A stretch of DNA of 38,628 nt. Source: Calditrichota bacterium (GTDB lineage Bacteria; Zhuqueibacterota; Zhuqueibacteria; Residuimicrobiales; Krinioviventaceae). The notes beneath the pieces are model-generated. The model was not told the DNA's origin. It saw only the letters and a list, made by a program, of their open reading frames with translations, and did no database searches. A program made the position numbers and the translations under genes. The stretch's first letter is position 1. Each line of letters starts with the position of its first letter. Below are positions 18,746 to 25,926 of the stretch, one piece after another. The stretch is from assembly GCA_003818595.1 (NCBI GenBank), contig RPQV01000002.1, forward strand, positions 1 through 38,628, given 5' to 3'.

Positions 18746-19696
18746 TTATGACTCCTCTTCATCCCCCCATTGCTCTGTATCTATAAGTGTAGATTCCTGT
18801 TCTGCTCTTTTGCCCTCCTCCTCCCATCGTCTGATAGTTTGTCGGTTTCTCAAAAATCGATAAAAAAAGGCAAGGACAAACAACCCCAAGATGATGATCC
18901 ACAGGTATTCTTCCAGCTCTGACAGCCAAAGCCATTTGTGTCGCTTGGTGATAACATTCGCCCATTCGACTTCGAACACTGCGTACGAACTCCCCGTGGC
19001 TTGGATGAAACAGTCATTGAGCGGAAGCCCGTCTTTCAGACCTTCCAAAATCTCCCGTACAGCTTCGGTATCATACGTATCCAACAAGTAGGAAACTGCA
19101 GAATAGGATTGCTGATAGGCAAGGTCGGCTTTCGCGCGATGATATTTTAAAATATCTTCAATTTGGTCGAGTGGGACAAGAGATCTGGTGGCAGCTGCCT
19201 TTGACAACGCTGTATCAGTTTTCCAACGTTTTTCTCGGGCATAATAAATCGCCAATCCTTCATCAAGCCAACGGGGAATGTGCACCTGGGAAACAAAATC
19301 GTGCATCACTAGATGGGTCAATTCATGGACCAAAACCTGTTCAAAGCTATTGTTTTTATCCCATCGCGGCGATTTTAAATACATCACCTGACGAGAGGGT
19401 ACTGCAAAAGCACCCGTCCAAGGCGGCAAAACGTCAGATACTATTGATAGAAAATCTTTTCGGGAAGGTGAAATATAAATATTCACTTCCTCGCACAATT
19501 TATATTGCAGATCGAATTCCAGTTCTTCCACTGCCGACCGAAGCACAGTCACTGCCTGACGAGCATAATTTGAATCGACAGCATCATAATAAACATGAAA
19601 CATTCCCTCATGCAGGCTCAAAGGAGCTGATTGACAGGGAACACCGCCAATCAACAGAAAGAAAAGAAACGCCATGTGCCCAATCTTGAGGGTCAT
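18746..19696 (-). CDS. membrane-anchored HExxH zinc metallopeptidase (peptidase-MA-like)
   Basis: Signal peptide MTLKIGHMAFLFFLLIGGVPCQSA. HELTHLVMHD, then WLDEGLAIYY about 20 aa later (gluzincin pattern). C-terminal TM helix LWIIILGLFVLAFFY, then a charged tail ending GDEEES. Confidence 0.6.
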   Translation of the reverse strand: MTLKIGHMAFLFFLLIGGVPCQSAPLSLHEGMFHVYYDAVDSNYARQAVTVLRSAVEELEFDLQYKLCEEVNIYISPSRKDFLSIVSDVLPPWTGAFAVPSRQVMYLKSPRWDKNNSFEQVLVHELTHLVMHDFVSQVHIPRWLDEGLAIYYAREKRWKTDTALSKAAATRSLVPLDQIEDILKYHRAKADLAYQQSYSAVSYLLDTYDTEAVREILEGLKDGLPLNDCFIQATGSSYAVFEVEWANVITKRHKWLWLSELEEYLWIIILGLFVLAFFYRFLRNRQTIRRWEEEGKRAEQESTLIDTEQWGDEEES

Positions 19697-19702
19697 AACC
19701 TG

Positions 19703-20107
19703 CTACGGTTTGAATTCAATGCCAAGGTATTCAGAAATCATACGATAGAGGCTAATGATCTGTTCCTTGAGCTTATTTTTCAAACAGTCGGGATTTTGGA
19801 AAAGGCAGTCATTGGCTTCGCATCGCTGTAGAGGTTCGGCACAACCAATTTCCATTTTGTACTGTTCGCTCGTTTTGAGCCGCTTAAAAATATCGGATTG
19901 TGAAAAATGATCCCCTTTAATTCGAATCCCCAGTTCAAGCGTTTTTTCCCATACAAATTGATATGAAGGAATTAATTCAAAAGCCTGCATGGCGTCAATG
20001 ATGGCCGACGGCGAAGAACCAGTCAACATATAGCGAAGCAGCTGAAGCTGAATTCCAGGTTTAAGCGCTACTGTAGTTTTTTGTCCTTGTTCCATAATCT
20101 CAGTCAA
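19703..20107 (-). CDS. hypothetical protein, 134 aa, with a C-x6-C-x4-C-x6-C cluster
   Basis: The ORF is tightly packed between neighbours (8-nt overlap upstream, 6-nt gap downstream). Four Cys lie in GCAEPLQRCEANDCLFQNPDC. I recognise no family. Confidence 0.5.
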   Translation of the reverse strand: MTEIMEQGQKTTVALKPGIQLQLLRYMLTGSSPSAIIDAMQAFELIPSYQFVWEKTLELGIRIKGDHFSQSDIFKRLKTSEQYKMEIGCAEPLQRCEANDCLFQNPDCLKNKLKEQIISLYRMISEYLGIEFKP

Positions 20108-20612
20108 AATGGTTAATCACGGTATCCAACATAATCCGCATACTGTTCTTTGCATTTTTTTTCTCTGCAGAATTCCAGAGCACGAATGAAAGTTTGGAGG
20201 AAAGTGAAAATCCATGCTCGAAAACGCCTGAATGAATACTGAGGAAGGAGTCCGCCACATCCCCGACGATGATGCCATGAGCATTCGTCCTCTGGGTCAG
20301 TTGATCGACCAGCAGTTGTGTTTCCTGAAAAGCCTGACTGTCATACCAATTAAAAACAATCATATAGCCCAACATTTTTCGCCCGACGATATCCCAGGCA
20401 AAATCCTGATATTGTTCCTTCTCACCAATTCCATAAAAAAACAATTGTAATTCATGCGTAATACGGCTACGGCCAAAAACCGTATTGTTATTTGTCAGAA
20501 TCACCTCATGACAAAGATGGGTGATCAACCTTTTCTGCAACGAAATGGAAGGACCAACCACGACGATCTCGCCAATCCGCTGTGCATCTTTTTGTATCGT
20601 CAAAAGTGCCAT
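20100..20612 (-). CDS. Ras/MglA-like small GTPase-fold protein with degenerate nucleotide-binding motifs (putative pseudo-GTPase)
   Basis: The strand and motif order resembles MglA: IVVVGPSISLQKR in place of Walker A, LQLFFYGIGEK in place of DxxG, GYMIVFNW, IIVGDVAD in place of NKxD, and VLWNSAEKKN (G5-like SAx). The alignment is by eye only. Confidence 0.45.
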   Translation of the reverse strand: MALLTIQKDAQRIGEIVVVGPSISLQKRLITHLCHEVILTNNNTVFGRSRITHELQLFFYGIGEKEQYQDFAWDIVGRKMLGYMIVFNWYDSQAFQETQLLVDQLTQRTNAHGIIVGDVADSFLSIHSGVFEHGFSLSSKLSFVLWNSAEKKNAKNSMRIMLDTVINHFD

Positions 20613-21827
20613 TTAGTTGCTGAATTTTTGTCGGACAAGTAATAATTCCGCCTTGGTGAGCGCAATTTTATTCATGGTCTTTTCATCATAATTAGATTTC
20701 AGGTTAAGATTCGTCTCATCATTCTCGTCTAAGGTTAAATTAAGAGACATATCCTGTTCATGGCGTCTTTTCCTGCGAAATAAAGAAAATATTTGCGAAT
20801 ACTTGTTTTTAGACGATCGAATGCCGCGCCTCAGCTGTTGCGGATTGACAGAAAAGGAGGATCGTTCATCTCGACGCCGTTCATGTTCAGTTTTGATTAA
20901 AAAACCTTTTTCAAGCAGATATTTAATCAATTTGAGCGCATAAAAATCTTCGAATTCACTGCGGTCGATCGCTTGAAGGATGGTGCAGGGTTCCTGAAAC
21001 TGCCTTAGCATCAGTTTCTCTTCATTGCCGATGCCCGGGGTTTGACTGCTTTCAACTCTAATGAGATGAGTATGTAATGCCGGAAGTTCCCCGGTTTCTT
21101 TGCGCCACTGCTCAATAACTTTAGCACCCTCGATAAATAATTTTTGTGTATTCGCTGCGACCGGCGGAAAATCATGGCCGATGTCCTTGATGACCACGGA
21201 AAAAGTACCATCAATCCAGGTCAACATATGGAGAAAAGCGCGTTCGATAGAATCATAATCGTCAACAATAGCATCGACGATTTTCCCGACGTGGATGTGA
21301 ACCTGTCCTTCTTTATCTCCTCGATTTAAATAGATAATACCAGATTTGGCGCCCAATTCCATGGTCTGTATGAGATCAATGAGATTCATTTCCTTCAAAC
21401 TGCCGGAAAAGCCTTGTTGCGCCGGTCTTGAAGAAAGATAAGGCACATTACTTTCCTGAAGCAGCAGATGAATTCTCGCGACTATTTCTTCCGGATAATA
21501 TGGTTTAATGACCAGATCATCTATCCCCATTTCCATGATGCTGATGCGTTTATCGAGTTCCGCCTCCTGAGTGACGACGATAATAGGTACCGGCAAATCG
21601 TTATATTGTTTTTTCATTTGCCGGATGAATAGGGAACCCCGATCAAAAGAAAGGTTAACATCAAACAAAATCAGGTCAGGGCGAGAAGCCAGGCATTGTT
21701 TATAGCCTGTTTGTATGTCGCCATGGACGGTAACGCTATAGTTACTATCTTGGAGCAATAGCTGCAATCGATCCAGTTCAGAAGAACTTTTATCTATGAT
21801 TAATATATGAGGACTCGGTTGCTCCAT
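20613..21827 (-). CDS. response-regulator receiver + PATAN/DUF4388 domain protein with a basic C-terminal tail
   Basis: The REC domain shows ILIIDKSSSE, DLILFDVNLS (Asp56), IIVVTQEAE, and DLVIKP. The DUF4388 block is LKEMNLIDLIQTMELGAKSGIIYLNRGDKEGQVHIHVGKIVDA. The start ATG shares one nt with the upstream stop (TAATG at 21825-21829). Confidence 0.7.
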   Translation of the reverse strand: MEQPSPHILIIDKSSSELDRLQLLLQDSNYSVTVHGDIQTGYKQCLASRPDLILFDVNLSFDRGSLFIRQMKKQYNDLPVPIIVVTQEAELDKRISIMEMGIDDLVIKPYYPEEIVARIHLLLQESNVPYLSSRPAQQGFSGSLKEMNLIDLIQTMELGAKSGIIYLNRGDKEGQVHIHVGKIVDAIVDDYDSIERAFLHMLTWIDGTFSVVIKDIGHDFPPVAANTQKLFIEGAKVIEQWRKETGELPALHTHLIRVESSQTPGIGNEEKLMLRQFQEPCTILQAIDRSEFEDFYALKLIKYLLEKGFLIKTEHERRRDERSSFSVNPQQLRRGIRSSKNKYSQIFSLFRRKRRHEQDMSLNLTLDENDETNLNLKSNYDEKTMNKIALTKAELLLVRQKFSN

Positions 21828-23611
21828 TATTTATTCTGACCTATTTTGGTGCTTTCATTTTCGACAACATCAAGTTCTGATATCTTCCCCTCCAGAACCG
21901 AAAACAGCAGCTGCCGCGCCCGCATGGCTTCCATGCTCGGAAAAAGCTGCAGATTCTCCTCATCTCTCAAATTCAAAAGTGCACGAATATTCTGCAATTC
22001 GAAATCATTTATCTTTTCAGCCGAGTATACTGCCTGGAATGGTGCTTGGGATTTTCGGCGCAAAACATTGAGCAGGTAGCGATAATAACTCCAATTCGAC
22101 ATTTTTTCATCAATGAGGAGAATATATCCCAGAACCAAAGTCTTGAAATAGTCAAGTATCGATGAAAATTCTTGATCGACTGTCACACTGATAAGGGTTA
22201 GATAATTGCCGTTGCGAAATTTAAGATGCCCATGAGGCAAATTGAATTGCGTGTTCTTAATTTGAACAATCGGCTGCATGATCAGACTCTCGATAAAGCG
22301 ACGCTGACGATCTTCGTTTGATCCCATGATTAATACGACGCCTAATTGCTTGGCCAATGAGGATTGTTGTGCTTCTGCCTGATATTGCGGAACCGAGGGG
22401 TGGTCAGAGAATATTGCTTGTTCCTGGGCTTCGACAGACGGAATGGCGGGTTGGTCGGTCTTTATATCTTGAGCCAGCAGAACGGTCTCCTCGACAGTTT
22501 TTAATTTGAATCCATTCTTCGGTCCAACCGTGGTCTTGACCGGGAGCATTTCAATATCATTCTCCGGTGTCTCAAAGGATTCCGCCTCGTCAAATTCATT
22601 TTCAGAAATAAACTCCGAGTCCTCTTGCAGCTTGAACTCCATAGGGCTCTGCTCGCGAGTAAAATCACGAAGAACGTGCAAAAAACCCAACTTGTAGAGT
22701 TTAACGATTCGTTTCAACGCAACGATTTCGTTTTCCCGACAGTCATCAATGATACGACCCAGGGTCCTTTCACCATCGAAAAGGATCAGAAACTCTTTCA
22801 ATTCTTGATTCATATCCTTCTGGGACAATATCTTTTTAAAGTTGGAAGTGGTAATAACCACTGCATCAAGGGAAGGAAGTTGTTTCAGCAATTCATTGCG
22901 TAAATCCATTCTTTTGGCTCCTTGCAGTAAAATCCCCATATTGCTGAGGATCATTTCGTCCTCCACATCGATATCGCCGAAAAACATTGTAAAGCGACCA
23001 CGATTCCAATTCATCATTTTGTAAACCGCTTCTTCGGCGCGCAGAGAGACCGTCATTGCGCCGAAAACGTTCCCGTGGTTGATAGCGATCTGTCCATTAT
23101 GTCCATTTTCATTATACAGAGCCAATAAACCGGTTTTTTTCTCGATTCCAAAAATTTCAATCAGATCAATAACCGACAGATCCTCCAGCCTTCCTGAAAA
23201 TTGATGGTTTTCATCTCTTCGCTGCAGCCGCTCAGATGAGGATCGTTGTACGACCATTTTTACACGACTGACAATTTCGCGGACGTGAACGGGTTTGACA
23301 ATAAAATCTTTGGCGCCCAGTTTAAGACTCTTAACTCTAGTCCAAACATCGCTTTTAGGAGATAAAAAGATAACCATTATTCCACTGCGGACAGAGCTTC
23401 GTTGAATCTCTTTGAGCAGATGGAATCCATCGATGCCCGGACAATTTAGTTCCGAGAGGACAACAATATAAGATGACCTGTAGATGCACCCCATCGCTTC
23501 TTCATCACTCGTGGCGGTGTCGACAAGGAATTTGGATTCTCTGAAATGGTCTTCCAGAATTTTCAAATTTTTATGATCGTGATCAACAATCAGTATATTA
23601 CGTTCGGACAT
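21827..23611 (-). CDS. atypical receiver (Glu at phospho-acceptor position) + PATAN/DUF4388 + acidic/Q-rich linker + degenerate GTPase-like C-terminal module
   Basis: The REC domain shows ILIVDHDH, IVVLSELNCPGIDG (E54 where Asp is expected), MVIFLSPKSD, and DFIVKP. The DUF4388 block is LEDLSVIDLIEIFGIEKKTGLLALYNENGHNGQIAINHGNVFGA. The C-terminal aa ~424-580 (VVLIMGSNEDRQRR, YLTLISVTVDQ, GYILLIDE) are paralogous by eye to the 170-aa protein. Confidence 0.65.
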   Translation of the reverse strand: MSERNILIVDHDHKNLKILEDHFRESKFLVDTATSDEEAMGCIYRSSYIVVLSELNCPGIDGFHLLKEIQRSSVRSGIMVIFLSPKSDVWTRVKSLKLGAKDFIVKPVHVREIVSRVKMVVQRSSSERLQRRDENHQFSGRLEDLSVIDLIEIFGIEKKTGLLALYNENGHNGQIAINHGNVFGAMTVSLRAEEAVYKMMNWNRGRFTMFFGDIDVEDEMILSNMGILLQGAKRMDLRNELLKQLPSLDAVVITTSNFKKILSQKDMNQELKEFLILFDGERTLGRIIDDCRENEIVALKRIVKLYKLGFLHVLRDFTREQSPMEFKLQEDSEFISENEFDEAESFETPENDIEMLPVKTTVGPKNGFKLKTVEETVLLAQDIKTDQPAIPSVEAQEQAIFSDHPSVPQYQAEAQQSSLAKQLGVVLIMGSNEDRQRRFIESLIMQPIVQIKNTQFNLPHGHLKFRNGNYLTLISVTVDQEFSSILDYFKTLVLGYILLIDEKMSNWSYYRYLLNVLRRKSQAPFQAVYSAEKINDFELQNIRALLNLRDEENLQLFPSMEAMRARQLLFSVLEGKISELDVVENESTKIGQNK

Positions 23612-23685
23612 CTTATAATAACTTCATATTTTTCCAATAGGTTAACAATGTATCTAATTTTATTTCACAAATCAACAATTTTGAC

Positions 23686-23715
23686 AAAAAAAAAGCCGGA
23701 CTCGCATCCGGCTTT
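23686..23715 (-). terminator. intrinsic terminator after the anti-sigma-like gene
   Basis: 9-bp stem aaagccgga / tccggcttt (23692-23700 and 23707-23715) with a 6-nt loop. On the minus strand a 9-nt U run follows (A-run 23686-23694). Confidence 0.75.
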
Positions 23716-23740
23716 ACATGATCAGTAAAATCTACTTATC

Positions 23741-24412
23741 TTATTTCAGGGGAACCATCATGTTCGTGTGACTATTTCCGGATGCCGAATCATTATGCTT
23801 TTCTTTAAAATAGACCACAATGTCACCCAACTCTTCTATGTCGCGTAAGGCAATTTTTGATGCACCTGAAGGACTAAAGTCTGCTGTTTTCGACTCTCCG
23901 GGAATTACAAGTTCCCAGCCTTCAAAGCAATCTGTTTCTGCCCTCCATAAATATAGTAATAATTCATTACATCTACTGTCTGTCATCGCACGGATGGCAA
24001 TTTGATCATTAGGCAGCGATTTAAAATCATATTCAGAAAGCGTTTTATGATCACCGCATATTTTGCCATTCGCCGTAAAAACGACTTTTGTCCGATAAGG
24101 AGTTTCGCTTTCGCTTTGATCCTTGGATTCTACCGGCTCGCACAGGACCAAACCATATTTAACATCGCTTGATCGAACTTTTTTTGCCAAGTCTAACACG
24201 CGATTGCTGACAGGACGATCAATTTCCTGACGAATGATCTGATACTGTTTTTTCAATTGTTGGTATTGTCGGCGGCACGGAAGGCATTCTTGCAGGTGAT
24301 GCTGTGCATTTATTCGAGCTTCTTCGCTTAAACTTTCGTCGATGCACAGTAATTCTGCTATGTTGTTCTTTTCACAACATTCAGGGGTCGATACGTTTTT
24401 TTTCATAATCAC
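23741..24412 (-). CDS. putative cytoplasmic zinc-binding anti-sigma factor (ZAS, zf-HC2) with an unknown C-terminal domain
   Basis: H-x3-C-x2-C motif HLQECLPC (H39, C43, C46) with upstream Cys at 12/13. I see no hydrophobic TM segment anywhere in the 223 aa. Confidence 0.5.
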   Translation of the reverse strand: MIMKKNVSTPECCEKNNIAELLCIDESLSEEARINAQHHLQECLPCRRQYQQLKKQYQIIRQEIDRPVSNRVLDLAKKVRSSDVKYGLVLCEPVESKDQSESETPYRTKVVFTANGKICGDHKTLSEYDFKSLPNDQIAIRAMTDSRCNELLLYLWRAETDCFEGWELVIPGESKTADFSPSGASKIALRDIEELGDIVVYFKEKHNDSASGNSHTNMMVPLK

Positions 24413-24509
24413 ACAGTACTTTTGCCAAAGTGACCATTTTGTTAGTCTTTTAATAGTCTATTAAAAAACTAACTTTACGTACCGACAAATACCAATTTTT
24501 ACGGAAAAT

Positions 24510-25616
24510 TTATAACAATTCTTTGAGCTGTCTCCTAAATTCTTTTTTGGCTACTTTGGCAAGGTACTCAAAAACAGACCGCTCATTCTGCCGATAATCT
24601 CTCTGGGTGAGATCAGGCAGATAATGTCTAAGATTCCGAAAATAAGACGAATTATCCTTTTTCTGAATGAGATCGTTTAAAACATCACGCAACGCCCGCG
24701 AATATATATCAGCCCGCTTCTCGTCAAGTTTTTTCGAGCGAAGGTACTGTGCACCAATTTTTCTCTCGACCTTATTCATCACCACATCGATATAACTTTC
24801 GATTTCCTTGGTTTCCAGCAAATCGAGCGGGGTCGGCACCAGTTCATCAGCAGACAATCGCTCCTTCACGGCGTTGAATTTTACTCGACGAATCAACTTG
24901 ACAATGGTTTCTATTGGCAAAAAGTTTTGATATTCTTCAAACTCGTGGACAGTCTTGAGGAGTTTACGGATAGAACTGGATACAGAATCAGAAGGGCTGT
25001 AAATGTCGATGAACCGCAGATGCAGAACATCCTCCGGAATGGGCGGGCGTTTACGACGTAGATAGGCCGCAATTGTTTCAAGGTTTAAATTTTCGTCCGC
25101 TTTGATTTCAAGGCCATTCTTATAGAAAACATATTCTTTCCCCAAATCACTGAATATTTCCAATTTTTCCGAAGTTCGAATGGCGACCTTGATATTACGG
25201 ACAATTTTTGCACCCTCTGGATCGCGCTCTCGAAAAATGCGCGACAACTCTTGTTTTGTTTTTCTGACAACCAACCGGCGGGTTAATATCATGACATCTG
25301 CGTCAGTGATATTGCCCATCTCTTCGAATTTTGGTTCATAATATCTTTTCAATTGCGGAAAATTGCCGCTGCCGTCCCCACTGAATAATTCAGCAATACA
25401 GTCAACCGCCAGATCCTGCAACTCCAAATCGGCATTTGCTTTTTCGCCGGCAATTCGTTTCCCGATTATTTCCTGATATTTAAGGTATCCTAAAGATATT
25501 TTCTGCGTCAAGTTTATGAATTCGACGAGCTGTGCCTGAGAATAATTCCCTGCACAGATATCGCGTACCAATTGACCTAAACAAATTTTTTCCATGAGTC
25601 CCATCTTCAAAAACAT
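24510..25616 (-). CDS. hypothetical protein, 368 aa; possible highly divergent sigma-70/ECF-like factor
   Basis: The N-terminal ADLELQDLAVDCIAELF ... ILTRRLVVRKTKQELSRIFRE resembles sigma region 2. The C-terminal ERSVFEYLAKVAKKEFRRQLKELL resembles the end of region 4. About 150 aa of extra sequence lies between them. The gene sits just upstream of the ZAS-like gene. The resemblance is weak and by eye only. Confidence 0.3.
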   Translation of the reverse strand: MFLKMGLMEKICLGQLVRDICAGNYSQAQLVEFINLTQKISLGYLKYQEIIGKRIAGEKANADLELQDLAVDCIAELFSGDGSGNFPQLKRYYEPKFEEMGNITDADVMILTRRLVVRKTKQELSRIFRERDPEGAKIVRNIKVAIRTSEKLEIFSDLGKEYVFYKNGLEIKADENLNLETIAAYLRRKRPPIPEDVLHLRFIDIYSPSDSVSSSIRKLLKTVHEFEEYQNFLPIETIVKLIRRVKFNAVKERLSADELVPTPLDLLETKEIESYIDVVMNKVERKIGAQYLRSKKLDEKRADIYSRALRDVLNDLIQKKDNSSYFRNLRHYLPDLTQRDYRQNERSVFEYLAKVAKKEFRRQLKELL

Positions 25617-25741
25617 CTTCCACTATCCATCCTCAACCCCGCATCCTGCGCTCTTTGTCCATCTACAACAGCGCCGTTGTGCGGGCTCGTGCTTATTATT
25701 CTCCCTCAAGCATTCAATGCCTAGGATGATGACAATCGCAG

Positions 25742-25757
25742 AGCAAATGTTATACCA
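25742..25757 (-). promoter_or_regulatory. candidate sigma-54 (-24/-12) promoter
   Basis: The minus strand reads TGGTATAACATTTGCT, against the consensus TGGCAC-N5-TTGCW. The GG and GC dinucleotides have exactly canonical spacing. It lies about 125 nt upstream of the 368-aa ORF start and directly downstream of an NtrC-type activator gene. Confidence 0.5.
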
Positions 25758-25872
25758 TCACGCAGAGTAAAAAAGCAGGTCTAATTGATGAAAAAGTGGC
25801 AAAAAATGACGTTTTCCCCGAATTTGCCTCACCATTGTTGTGTGAGAACGAAACAGTGTATCAGACTGTAAC

Positions 25873-25905
25873 AAAAAAGGGCGAACTTAAAGTTCGCCCT
25901 TAAAA
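25873..25905 (-). terminator. intrinsic terminator after the NtrC-family gene
   Basis: Perfect 12-bp palindromic stem aagggcgaactt / aagttcgccctt (25877-25888 and 25890-25901). On the minus strand it is followed by UUUUUU. It lies 25 nt past the stop at 25927. Confidence 0.8.
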
Positions 25906-25926
25906 CCACAATTGATGTTTATATCA

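Noticed and set aside
19171-19689. 172-aa plus-strand ORF
   Set aside because: It is antisense to the HExxH peptidase gene, which has a coherent signal peptide, catalytic motif and TM architecture.
20601-20615. gtgccatttagttgc, containing GTGCCA and TTGC elements
   Set aside because: On either strand the elements are in the wrong order for a -24/-12 promoter. The stretch is simply the stop/start junction of two genes.
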